A stretch of 64,000 bases of DNA from the IMG/VR virus record IMGVR_UViG_3300017757_000001; one strand, 5' to 3'. Position 1 is the first letter of the stretch, and every line of letters begins with the position of its first letter. The translations under genes and the position numbers were made by a program. The notes beneath the pieces were generated by a model that was not told the DNA's origin, searched no databases, and worked only from the letters and a program-made list of their open reading frames with translations. Below are positions 20,100 to 29,352 of this stretch, in pieces. This stretch comes from a virus.

Positions 20100-20820
20100 T
20101 CAAATTTATAGGGATATCGACGTCCTCCTCACCGCCGTCCCCTGTCTCCACAGTTGTTCTCAGATTAATATCTGGTTGGAACTCTTTAATATGGTTTCTA
20201 AATGCTCTAGAATCAGTAGCTAAAAAATAATTATCTACAAAATCTCTAACGTCTTTTTGTTGTGTTTCACCATTAACGGATAAAATCATATATTTTAAAC
20301 GTGTGGATAGTTCAGGGGAAGCATTCTTATTAATTTTCTTTAATCCTTTAACTTCAGCTTCAATTTTTAACTCATCAGCATGAGTAAGTAGTTTAAAAGT
20401 AATTGTTGCACCTGAATTTGGAAGAATAAATGAAAATTCATTTTTACCTTGTTCAAATGTTTTTGGATCAATTATTTTATTATCTAATGTTGTTAAATCA
20501 ACATTACATCTTTCACCTTTAAGATCAAATTCATAATTTTTACCATAACCTAAAATTCTGGCTGCAATTAATAGTGCATTTTTATCACCTACAATAAGAT
20601 CTTTATAATCTACTTTAGACATAATTAAAGACTGAAGTAACTTGTCTAAAACTGTACCATTTTGTATATAAGATTGATTTGTAAGAATATCTTCTTCTCG
20701 GGCTGTCATATACTTCATTTCTATCTTACCCGATGATAGTGGATTATCTTTAGGATAAACCAACCCTAATGATGGTAATTCAACCATTTCAGTAGGGAAT
20801 TTAAATTTTGATTCGCTCAT
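20071..20820 (-). CDS. Tail assembly chaperone (T4 gp26-like baseplate hub assembly family)
   Basis: VELPSLG...MKYMTAREEDIL...GDKNALLIAARILGYG, ends NFFWP; between tube and TMP. Confidence 0.75.
   Translation of the reverse strand: MSESKFKFPTEMVELPSLGLVYPKDNPLSSGKIEMKYMTAREEDILTNQSYIQNGTVLDKLLQSLIMSKVDYKDLIVGDKNALLIAARILGYGKNYEFDLKGERCNVDLTTLDNKIIDPKTFEQGKNEFSFILPNSGATITFKLLTHADELKIEAEVKGLKKINKNASPELSTRLKYMILSVNGETQQKDVRDFVDNYFLATDSRAFRNHIKEFQPDINLRTTVETGDGGEEDVDIPINLNFFWPDAAI
20091..20097 (-). other. Putative programmed ribosomal frameshift site (U7)
   Basis: AAC TTT TTT TGG in frame 0; the +1/-2 frame continues TTT GGC CTG... to the stop at 19776. Confidence 0.65.
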
Positions 20821-20852
20821 AGTTTTTATTTGTTATAACAATTATATTCATG

Positions 20853-20861
20853 TATACATAT
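20853..20861 (-). promoter_or_regulatory. Late promoter variant ATATGTATA
   Basis: One-mismatch variant between the tube terminator and the chaperone ATG. Confidence 0.5.
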
Positions 20862-20868
20862 ATAACAT

Positions 20869-20896
20869 AAAAAAGAGCTTGACAAAAGCCAAGCTC
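20869..20896 (-). terminator. Rho-independent terminator after tail tube gene
   Basis: GAGCTTGGC-TTTT-GTCAAGCTC followed by T6 on the minus strand. Confidence 0.85.
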
Positions 20897-20921
20897 AATT
20901 TAATATTATTTAAAACTTCTT

Positions 20922-21410
20922 TTAGAAATTTAAAATACAATAATCCATAGCAACAGTCATGGCAATAGTCTGTGCTTCAGCTTCTGTATCCCAATTATAT
21001 CCTTTAAATGTAGCATCTTTAATAAATGCTCCTTTAATAATCCATTCGGAAACAACATCACCTACTGGACCTAGTACATTAATTGTTAAATCTTTTTTAT
21101 AGAAATCAGAATAACCATCTCTTCCTGTTACAGATTCATGGTGTAATCTTACCCACTCCATTACTGCCTGTGCTCCTGAAGGAGTAATAGGATCAAATAA
21201 TGTCATTGATAAATCACCCCATTTAGCTTTTCCTTTAACTTTTCTGTAAGTGTTGATATGATTTAAAACTATCTCACCTTGTTCTATTTTGATTTCTCCC
21301 ACTTCCTTTATCATGTATGATGGAATTCCATCAACGTACATTATAAATCTATTTGCTACCTTTGGTTCGAAAGCGGTGAAAAATACTTCATTTGGGTCTA
21401 ATACTGCCAT
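20922..21410 (-). CDS. gp19: Tail tube protein (T4 gp19-like)
   Basis: FEPKVANRF, KAKWGDLSMTLFDP, YKKDLTINVLGPVG...WIIKGAF; directly after sheath. Confidence 0.92.
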   Translation of the reverse strand: MAVLDPNEVFFTAFEPKVANRFIMYVDGIPSYMIKEVGEIKIEQGEIVLNHINTYRKVKGKAKWGDLSMTLFDPITPSGAQAVMEWVRLHHESVTGRDGYSDFYKKDLTINVLGPVGDVVSEWIIKGAFIKDATFKGYNWDTEAEAQTIAMTVAMDYCILNF

Positions 21411-21439
21411 TTTATGTTGTTTTTTATTTTATATTCGTT

Positions 21440-21448
21440 TATAAATAT
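21440..21448 (-). promoter_or_regulatory. Putative late promoter ATATTTATA
   Basis: Exact motif 30 nt upstream of the tube ATG. Confidence 0.65.
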
Positions 21449-21463
21449 TACTACTTTTAATTT

Positions 21464-24067
21464 TTATGCAGGAAATGTTGCTCCTGTTGGTAAAATATTG
21501 AAATCTAAGTAAATAAATTCAGCTGTTTTAGTAGGTTGTAAATAAATAGCACCTACTAATTGGTTTCTATCAATTACTTCTGGGCCATTGTTTGAAGAAT
21601 CCATTACAACTTTAAATGCATATAAACCTTGTCTTTGTTGTACTGATTCTAAATATGGATTTACTTGGCTTAAGAATTGATTTCTTGTTGCTGCTGTATT
21701 TTGCTCAAATACTAGATTATCAGATATTTGTGAAATATAAGATTTTAATTCTATTAATAATCTTCTTACATTTACTCTATCTAAAGCACTTGCTTTTGTT
21801 TGTAATGTTTTCTGACCAAATACTACTACTCCTTTTCCTGGGAATGTAGCTATTGGATTTACTTTACCTGTATAAAGCGAATCTCTTTGTGATTGAGTTA
21901 ATTTTCTTTCTGCTTGTAATACTGTACCTAAACCACCTCTATTAATTCCGGCAGGTGCGAACCAAGCTTCAGCTGCTTTGTCATTATACGCATATACACC
22001 CGGAATTAACGTAGAACCTGGTATCCATACTAAATGTCCTGTATCTGGTTCTGTAATTTGAACCCAAGGCCAATATGTTGAAGCATATGAATTATCTATT
22101 CCTGCTGCTTGTGCTGTAGTTAGTGTTACTGATGAACCATAACCTTGCATATCAATAATAGCAATACAATCTCCTCTTGATGAACAATTAGATATTAAAG
22201 TATTAATTGGAGTAGCATTAGTTCCAAACCCATGTATCAATCCTGGAACTGATATTAAATTATAATTATAATCATCTTTATTTGCTAATAAATTTAATGA
22301 ATCATTATAATCTGATCCTGATAAACCTTGGTTAAATTGGTTTTGAGCACCTGCCCCTGTCATGTTTTGGTAATATAAATCTCCTGCTTTAACAATATCC
22401 CCATCTGCATCTCCAAATGTTCCACTCATAGCAACTGGAATTGATGATGTAAATTCTGATTTTGCTAAACCATCATTATCAAAATAATTTGGTGTTTTAT
22501 ATAATACTTCTTTTACTCTTACATATCTTGAAGAATTTCTATAATTCCCAACATCTTGAATGTATGGTTCTGCCGTACCAGCACCCATTAATGTTTTTTT
22601 CATATCTCCAACAACTCTACCTATATAGTTTGATTGTTTTGGATCTAAAGAAACATTAGGGAAAGTTTCTAATACTGATTTATTCTTTTGGTTGTCATTA
22701 CCTTGTCTTATTATTAGTGAGAATACACCTTGAGCTGTATCTGGTGCTTGAATTTCCCATCTAAAATTATTTGCTGAACCACTTGATAAAGCTCCTTTAG
22801 CTGATTCTGGACTATTACTATTTAGTACTTTTCCTTCACCTAATGATTCTAATACAAATGCTACTTCATTATTTATTTGTCCTGCATTTAAAGTAACAGT
22901 TACATCTGTACCTAATGCAAAATCAGCTGCTTGTAATGTATAAGTTTGAGCAGTATCTAATCCAATTCCATCTGATGCAAATGATAAAACTTCACCTGCT
23001 GAATATCCTGCTCCTGGTACTGATACTGTTATACCACTTACAAAGGATTGTAACATTGTTGTTGTTATTTGAACTGTTGCATCACCTGTTCCTGCTGCTC
23101 CTGCAAATGCCCCATTCATATCTGCCTCTGTAAATGTTAATACATCACCTACTGCATATGTGCTGTTACCTCCTGCTAAAGAAGAAGCTGTACAACTAAC
23201 AACAACACCTGAAGCATCACATTCTAATATCCATGTAACACCTGTACCCGTACCTGTTGTTGAGGAAGCTGCTAATGCAGCTGATTGACCTGCTGCTGAA
23301 CTGTTATATCCTGTTGAAGTACCACCAATTGTTGATTGAACTGCTGAAGCCGATATATTACCATTATTTGTAGTTGTAATATTAGCATAAGCTTGACCAT
23401 TTACTGAAGCTGGTGTACCACCTGAAGCTGAAACATTTGTATAAACTCCTGTAGCCGAACCTGTTGCAATTGCAAGTACAGTACTAAGTCCACTTAATGA
23501 ACCACCTCCCCCAAGTGATTGTGAAGTAAATGTTAATACATCACCAATTTCAAATCCACTACCTGAATCTTGAGGTATAATAGATGCTACTGAAGAAGTA
23601 TTTGAAACTACTACATCAAATACTGGAACTGTTGCTGTTGCATCTGAATTAATTGGTGTAACTGCATATGAAGCATTTACTAAATCTGTAAAGCCAGTAT
23701 TAATAGATCCAGTCATATTAATTATATTTAATAATCCTGTTTCTAAATTGTTGTATACGTTTGATGAAGTTGCATTCGTAAATGAACCACTTACTACTCT
23801 TGTTACTAATAATGAAGTTCCACCATTAGCGAAATAGTTATTTGCTGAGATTGAAGTGAAGAAAGAATATGAATCTGAACCACTTAAGAAAGAACTACCA
23901 AAAGTTGCTAGATACTCACTGTAACTAGTAACTAAAGTTGGTACATTTACTGGTCCTAATACTGTTGGTCCTACTATAGCGCCTCCTGCTTGTACAGGTT
24001 GTGACGTTATTTGGGATTGATCATTTTCTCTTGCTAATACTCCAGGGGAAATTAATGTTTCTGCCAT
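21464..24067 (-). CDS. gp18: Tail sheath protein (T4 gp18-like) with a large Gly/Ser/Thr-rich insertion
   Basis: SPGVLAREND N-terminus; WFAPAGINRG, VNPIATFPG, GQKTLQ, DRVNVRRLL, PTKTAEFI. Confidence 0.95.
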   Translation of the reverse strand: MAETLISPGVLARENDQSQITSQPVQAGGAIVGPTVLGPVNVPTLVTSYSEYLATFGSSFLSGSDSYSFFTSISANNYFANGGTSLLVTRVVSGSFTNATSSNVYNNLETGLLNIINMTGSINTGFTDLVNASYAVTPINSDATATVPVFDVVVSNTSSVASIIPQDSGSGFEIGDVLTFTSQSLGGGGSLSGLSTVLAIATGSATGVYTNVSASGGTPASVNGQAYANITTTNNGNISASAVQSTIGGTSTGYNSSAAGQSAALAASSTTGTGTGVTWILECDASGVVVSCTASSLAGGNSTYAVGDVLTFTEADMNGAFAGAAGTGDATVQITTTMLQSFVSGITVSVPGAGYSAGEVLSFASDGIGLDTAQTYTLQAADFALGTDVTVTLNAGQINNEVAFVLESLGEGKVLNSNSPESAKGALSSGSANNFRWEIQAPDTAQGVFSLIIRQGNDNQKNKSVLETFPNVSLDPKQSNYIGRVVGDMKKTLMGAGTAEPYIQDVGNYRNSSRYVRVKEVLYKTPNYFDNDGLAKSEFTSSIPVAMSGTFGDADGDIVKAGDLYYQNMTGAGAQNQFNQGLSGSDYNDSLNLLANKDDYNYNLISVPGLIHGFGTNATPINTLISNCSSRGDCIAIIDMQGYGSSVTLTTAQAAGIDNSYASTYWPWVQITEPDTGHLVWIPGSTLIPGVYAYNDKAAEAWFAPAGINRGGLGTVLQAERKLTQSQRDSLYTGKVNPIATFPGKGVVVFGQKTLQTKASALDRVNVRRLLIELKSYISQISDNLVFEQNTAATRNQFLSQVNPYLESVQQRQGLYAFKVVMDSSNNGPEVIDRNQLVGAIYLQPTKTAEFIYLDFNILPTGATFPA

Positions 24068-24083
24068 TTTATGTTATTTTTAT

Positions 24084-24092
24084 GATAAATAT
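24084..24092 (-). promoter_or_regulatory. Late promoter variant ATATTTATC
   Basis: One-mismatch variant 17 nt upstream of the sheath ATG. Confidence 0.55.
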
Positions 24093-24111
24093 ATTACTTT
24101 TTTTCAAAATT

Positions 24112-24366
24112 CTACTTGTTGGGTAAAAATTCTCCGGTTTCTAGAGAAATGCTTCCTTCCCCATATTTTTTATTTAAATCATTTGCTAAAGTATATTCTT
24201 TTTGTTGTAACTTATTTAAACTAATTTTCATTTGTTCTTTTTTAAGTTCATAATCCATTATTTGAACTTCTAACTGTCCTACTATATTAGTTAATTCTTG
24301 GAATTCTACTTTTAGCTCTTTTAAAGATTTTATTTCTTCTTCTGTTAATTTCATTTTTTCTGTCAT
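24112..24366 (-). CDS. Small coiled-coil protein, possibly a fibre chaperone (true start may be 24354)
   Basis: Heptad-like helix ending KYGEGSISLETGEF. Confidence 0.65.
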   Translation of the reverse strand: MTEKMKLTEEEIKSLKELKVEFQELTNIVGQLEVQIMDYELKKEQMKISLNKLQQKEYTLANDLNKKYGEGSISLETGEFLPNK

Positions 24367-24368
24367 GG

Positions 24369-24377
24369 TATAAATAT
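24369..24377 (-). promoter_or_regulatory. Putative late promoter ATATTTATA
   Basis: Exact motif in the short gap after the heptosyltransferase-like gene. Confidence 0.6.
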
Positions 24378-24388
24378 TAGGGGATTTA

Positions 24389-25582
24389 TTAAAAATTAAA
24401 AATTTTATTAATACTTTCTTTTACTTTTGATGGTGTTATTTCTTTAGTACATTCAAACATTTTATCCGTATTTTTATGTTCAGGACACCACTCCCAATCA
24501 CCTGGATCTAATTTCTCTCTATTAAAACATCCACTACACGTACCATTATCAGGAGTAAATATTCTCTCACAATCTTCAAATTCGCTATAAGGTTCACTAA
24601 ATCCTGAAATTAGTATAGTTGGGGTGTTAAGCGACCATGATAGCCAACTTAATCCACTTCCTAATCCAATAAATCCTTCTGAATTCATTAAATCATTTGC
24701 TCTATCCTCTAAAGAATAATTACCTGATTTGTCTATAACTCCTGTTAGAGTTCCTCCTAACTTAGAATCATGCCACTCATCACCTAAGGGTTCTGCTGTT
24801 ATTAATAATACTTTATAACCTTTTTCATTTAAATAATCAATTATATTTTGCCACCCACCAGGATGATTCCAATATTTAGCATGAGCTGATGCATGGGGTG
24901 CTATACACACATATTTTTCTTTAAATTGAGATTGACTTTTTTTAAATGCTAGTTTAGGTTTTGTTTCTATATAATCTAATCCTAAAATATCAGATGAAGT
25001 TTTTCCTAAAGGTATAGTTCTAAAATCTTTTGGATTTTTTGAATAATCTACTTTTCCAGAGCTATCATAAAACCAACCTATTGAATATTGTGCATAAATA
25101 TTTTCTACACTTGATCCAGGTGATATAAATTCTAATTCTGGGTATTCTGATTTAAACCAATCATTATGGAATGTAGATACTATAATTTTACAATTATGTT
25201 TTTTTCTAAATTCATCAACAAAAGGAAACCATGCTAATGTATCACCAATTGCTTTAGAATCTAAATGTATATAAACTCTTTTATTTTCAATATTATATTG
25301 ATGATTATAGATAATATTATTAGTATTATTATCTGTTACTACAATATTATAATTAACATAATATGCTTTAGAACATCTAGTCCACATATTATTTTTTATA
25401 TTAGTATCATATATAATTTTATCCCCTTCTAAAAATTTTACATTAAATGATCCTTCTTTTCTACCTTTAATTTCAAAAAATGCTCCTCTTATAAAATTAC
25501 AATTAAATATATATTTTTCCTCTAGAGGATTTTTCCTTAAATTTATTAAATTATTATATTCTTTTATTAAAACTTCTTTCAT
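24389..25582 (-). CDS. TibC/Aah-like (BAHT family) protein O-heptosyltransferase-type glycosyltransferase
   Basis: N-terminal beta domain (FNVKF...NMWTRCSKAYY), SKAIGDTLAWFP, KYVCIA...AKYWNHPGGW, FIGLGSGLSWLSW, ISGFSEPYSEF, four-Cys motif CSGCFN...WCPEH...FECTKEI. Confidence 0.8.
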   Translation of the reverse strand: MKEVLIKEYNNLINLRKNPLEEKYIFNCNFIRGAFFEIKGRKEGSFNVKFLEGDKIIYDTNIKNNMWTRCSKAYYVNYNIVVTDNNTNNIIYNHQYNIENKRVYIHLDSKAIGDTLAWFPFVDEFRKKHNCKIIVSTFHNDWFKSEYPELEFISPGSSVENIYAQYSIGWFYDSSGKVDYSKNPKDFRTIPLGKTSSDILGLDYIETKPKLAFKKSQSQFKEKYVCIAPHASAHAKYWNHPGGWQNIIDYLNEKGYKVLLITAEPLGDEWHDSKLGGTLTGVIDKSGNYSLEDRANDLMNSEGFIGLGSGLSWLSWSLNTPTILISGFSEPYSEFEDCERIFTPDNGTCSGCFNREKLDPGDWEWCPEHKNTDKMFECTKEITPSKVKESINKIFNF

Positions 25583-26529
25583 ATTAATTCTTTATATAAA
25601 TTAGCTAATTCAATACTTCTATTATACCAACTTAATTCATGTGATGTTGTTAATGATTTTTTTGAATATTCTTTATAATTATCCATTATATCTTTATAAC
25701 CTCTATACATTTCAAATACATTTCGAGGTGCTCTCCAAGCTCCATGAAAATCTGTTTCCATTTCCCAATCAGCTATTATAGGCATTCCACAAGCAGCTGC
25801 TTCTAACATTGTTAAATTGGGATGTCCTGCTTCTAACATTGTTGGGTTTAAGAATATTTTATGTGTTTGAAATAATTTTAATGCTTCTTCTTGGGTTGGG
25901 TTAAAACTAAGTGTTAATTTAGGATAATGCAAAGTAGATAAATTTGAGTTAAAAAAGTGTTGATTATTACTAGGTCCTGCAACTGTAATATATTCACCAG
26001 TCATATTTGCTAATGCTATTCCAAATTCAAATCCTTTTCTATCATAAGATTTATCCCCAGCTAAACCATTATTAGCTAACATTAAAAAACATTTTTTATC
26101 TTCAAATTTTTCGGAAAATGAAGGAGTATAAAAATCTGTATTAACCCCATGTGAAAAATAAATACATTTTGGATTTCCAAAATACCCATTTAAATATTTA
26201 GCAGGCATTAATGATATTTTCGAATTATTAATAGCCTTTAAAGTTTCTTTATATAGGTGTGAATCTTTACCATAATGGTATGAATGATGATCATGCATTT
26301 GATAAATGTATTCTATTCCTTTTTCAGCAAGTAAATTTGCTAAATTAGTTACATGGCAGTGTATTATGTCATAATCATCTGGGATTATTTCATTTACATA
26401 TTTAACATCTACAATGTGTCCTAATTTTTCTAAATTTATTTTATATTCCCAAACTATTTTTTCAATAGCCCCCCAATCTTTTGGTGGAACCTCAATTCCA
26501 CAACCTGGATGTACTTGACATATTCTCAT
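25579..26529 (-). CDS. Glycosyltransferase, GT4 (GT-B fold)
   Basis: VPPKDWGAIEK, DIIHCH, HGVNTDFY, RKGF, EAGHPNLTMLEAAACGMPII. Confidence 0.88.
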   Translation of the reverse strand: MRICQVHPGCGIEVPPKDWGAIEKIVWEYKINLEKLGHIVDVKYVNEIIPDDYDIIHCHVTNLANLLAEKGIEYIYQMHDHHSYHYGKDSHLYKETLKAINNSKISLMPAKYLNGYFGNPKCIYFSHGVNTDFYTPSFSEKFEDKKCFLMLANNGLAGDKSYDRKGFEFGIALANMTGEYITVAGPSNNQHFFNSNLSTLHYPKLTLSFNPTQEEALKLFQTHKIFLNPTMLEAGHPNLTMLEAAACGMPIIADWEMETDFHGAWRAPRNVFEMYRGYKDIMDNYKEYSKKSLTTSHELSWYNRSIELANLYKELI

Positions 26530-29288
26530 TATTTTAAATATTGTTCTTTATTTCCTTTCCAGGTAAAACTTCCATTAGTACTAATTTCATTATCCATATA
26601 GTCTTGATTTACTTTAAATTTATAATTTTTTAATAAGGTTTTATTATTTCCATCTAAAACTTCTATAGATATTATAAAATTATCACCTTTATTATATTTA
26701 ATTAAATCCCAAAATTTAAACTTACCATTTACATATAAAGTTCTATTAATAAAATTTCCTTCATTATTTTTATTTACTATATAATTTATAATTTTTTTGT
26801 CATTAAGATTATTTATTTCTATAAAAGGAGAAAAATACCCATTCATATTAGTACAAGGTAATATAGTATAATATTCACATCTAGAAAAATCTTTATGAGT
26901 AAAATTTTCCTTTATGTTAAATTTAAAAGTATCTTGATTTTCTCTATATATATTTTTTTCATTTTTAAACATATGATAAAATAGATTTTCTAAACCATTA
27001 GATTCTGAATTATGTATATTCATTAAATTATTATATTCTTCAGCATTATTTATTTTTGGTAAAAATGAATCTAAATAATCTATATTAGCTCCTAAAAAGA
27101 ATGTTTCTAAAGTATTACCTTCTAAAGCCTTATATTTACCTAAATATGCTTTATGTGTTAATAATTTATTATTAATATCATCTATAAATGAATTATTTTT
27201 TAATATATAATCAAAATTTAAAAAGAAAACATTTTTTATATTTAAACTTTTAGCTAATTTTACTCCATTGTAGTAATTAGTATAAACAGAAGGACCATGG
27301 TAAATATTATTATTATGTTTAGTTAGATTTATATCATAATCATATATGTCAATACTACCATAAGATCTAGCATAATAAGTATGTTTTGTTAAAATATTAT
27401 CGGAATCATATATAGAATAATCAACTAATTCCTGAAGTGATTTAGGTATAGGAGCATGGCTTGTAAGTATTAAAATTCTATTAAGTTTTTTTAAAGATTT
27501 AATACATTCTTTTGTAGTATTAATTACATTATCAGATGTAGGATAAGTAGAAATAATAAAAACTTCTGAATTTGTATCAAACTTAGTGGGTATTCCACCT
27601 TCATTAGGGATCATACCTATAGGCATTTGATCGCTATCTAATCTTAGTACTGGTATTCCTTTATATTCTTCTGGGGCTAATTTTTCAAAATTTTCGTAAT
27701 TTTTTTCCATATCTTCAAAATCAAGATAATGGACATTATCAAATTTATCAAAATAATTTAAATAAACTCCTAAATTATAAATCATTAAATTCATATTCCA
27801 TGACATAGCTTCACGAATAACTAAAGGCATTGTTTCTTTATCGTTTGCACTTCCTCTAGAAGTAAACAAAAATAAATCCATTGAAGAATAAAAATTATCT
27901 ACATCTTTTCTTTCATCCCACCAGGTTAAATTATCTGGTTTATTTTTCATTAAAGGTTCCCAATAATGTTTAAAATTTCCTGCTTGATTACCAACACAAT
28001 GAAATTGATGCCAAGGATATTTTCTAGCAAATTCAAAAAATTCAGCTTGATTTTTTCTGGGTGTAAATAAACCTACATGAAGGATATGTTTTTTAGAGGG
28101 ATCTAATCCTAATTTATTTAATGCTTTTGTTCTATCTGGTCTTTCTTTATATTCAATAGGATATTCTACTAATACTTTAGGTATATCTATGTCATTATAT
28201 TGTTTTATCTGCCAATCTGAAACAAACATAAATTTATCTGGGAAAAATAATTTATTATCTGTATTCATAGAAGAATCATGAGATGTTTCTACTATATTAT
28301 AATTTCTATCTGGAGAATATATTTTTTTAGCTATATCATAATCCATAAAATATTCTGGTATTTCTTCTAAATGGATTATGTTTGGTTGTATATCATTAAT
28401 TATATTTAATATATCTTCTTTATCTTCATATAAAGTATAAAATTTATCACCATCAATTAAACTTAATATTTTATTTTTTTGTACTACTAATTTATTACCC
28501 CCATGATCTGAGTATTCTACTACATAAACTTCATAGTTATCTTTTATAAGTTCTATTTTTTTAACAAGATATTGTGGAAGCCCTCCAGTAGATAAATGAG
28601 GAGCTATATAAAGTAATTTTTGAGGTCGATTATCGATATAAAGTATAAGTTGTTGTTTATTTATTAACTGTTCTTCTAAATTATCTTCTAAAATCTGGGT
28701 TATATCATCCCCTGTAACTGTGTCAACTTTAAATTTAAAATTTTCTTTTTTTAATAATTCATACACTTTTCTAAAAGAATTTGTCATTTCTTTAGTGTTT
28801 AGATGAAATTCTCCTACAATGTAACCAACATTATTTTTTAAATATTTAATATGTTCTTCAGTAAAAATATGATACTCTCCTCCTTCACAGTCTGTTTTTA
28901 AATAATCAATATATTCTAAATTATTTTCTTTTAAAATAGTATTAAAAGTAATAGATTTTACATTTTCTTTATGACAACTCCATTCTAATTCAAATTCATG
29001 GTTATCATTATCCCCAATAGCATTTTTATAAAGTTTTAAAGGTAATCCTTTTGCATTTTTATTTAAGGTCTTATGATAAGCTGATATAGGTTCAACAGCT
29101 ATAACTTTTGATGGGTTATTATCTTTAATTGAATATAAAAAAGGACCTATACTTGCCCCAATATCTAATACTACATCACCTTCTTGAACAGTATGATGTT
29201 TTTCATATTGAGAACGATTAACATATTCTTCAGTTAACCAATATTTAAAGTGGGGGTCTCCATCTAAGGCCTTACCAAATTCGAACAT
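26529..29288 (-). CDS. Multidomain fusion: FkbM-family methyltransferase + GT4 + probable third glycosyltransferase-like domain
   Basis: VVLDIGASIG...AVEP...LKTDCEGGE (FkbM); PHLSTGGLPQY...VGLFTPRKNQ...ETMPLVIREAMS (GT4); VFIISTYP...ILTSH...FLNFDY (GT-A-like, weaker). Confidence 0.8.
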   Translation of the reverse strand: MFEFGKALDGDPHFKYWLTEEYVNRSQYEKHHTVQEGDVVLDIGASIGPFLYSIKDNNPSKVIAVEPISAYHKTLNKNAKGLPLKLYKNAIGDNDNHEFELEWSCHKENVKSITFNTILKENNLEYIDYLKTDCEGGEYHIFTEEHIKYLKNNVGYIVGEFHLNTKEMTNSFRKVYELLKKENFKFKVDTVTGDDITQILEDNLEEQLINKQQLILYIDNRPQKLLYIAPHLSTGGLPQYLVKKIELIKDNYEVYVVEYSDHGGNKLVVQKNKILSLIDGDKFYTLYEDKEDILNIINDIQPNIIHLEEIPEYFMDYDIAKKIYSPDRNYNIVETSHDSSMNTDNKLFFPDKFMFVSDWQIKQYNDIDIPKVLVEYPIEYKERPDRTKALNKLGLDPSKKHILHVGLFTPRKNQAEFFEFARKYPWHQFHCVGNQAGNFKHYWEPLMKNKPDNLTWWDERKDVDNFYSSMDLFLFTSRGSANDKETMPLVIREAMSWNMNLMIYNLGVYLNYFDKFDNVHYLDFEDMEKNYENFEKLAPEEYKGIPVLRLDSDQMPIGMIPNEGGIPTKFDTNSEVFIISTYPTSDNVINTTKECIKSLKKLNRILILTSHAPIPKSLQELVDYSIYDSDNILTKHTYYARSYGSIDIYDYDINLTKHNNNIYHGPSVYTNYYNGVKLAKSLNIKNVFFLNFDYILKNNSFIDDINNKLLTHKAYLGKYKALEGNTLETFFLGANIDYLDSFLPKINNAEEYNNLMNIHNSESNGLENLFYHMFKNEKNIYRENQDTFKFNIKENFTHKDFSRCEYYTILPCTNMNGYFSPFIEINNLNDKKIINYIVNKNNEGNFINRTLYVNGKFKFWDLIKYNKGDNFIISIEVLDGNNKTLLKNYKFKVNQDYMDNEISTNGSFTWKGNKEQYLK

Positions 29289-29317
29289 AACATTATAATT
29301 TTAAAACTATTTGACAC

Positions 29318-29346
29318 AATATAACAAAACTTAAGTATTAATCCAA
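29318..29346 (-). promoter_or_regulatory. Host-sigma-type promoter TTTGG-N18-TTATATTG driving the glycosyltransferase cluster
   Basis: Minus strand TTGG-ATTAATACTTAAGTTTTG-TTATATTG. Confidence 0.7.
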
Positions 29347-29352
29347 ACTAAA

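Noticed and set aside
24389-29288. Glycosyltransferases as T4-style DNA glucosyltransferases
   Set aside because: No hydroxymethylase or other base-modification genes nearby, the cluster lies in the virion module, and one member resembles a protein-targeting family; not fully excluded for the GT4 domains
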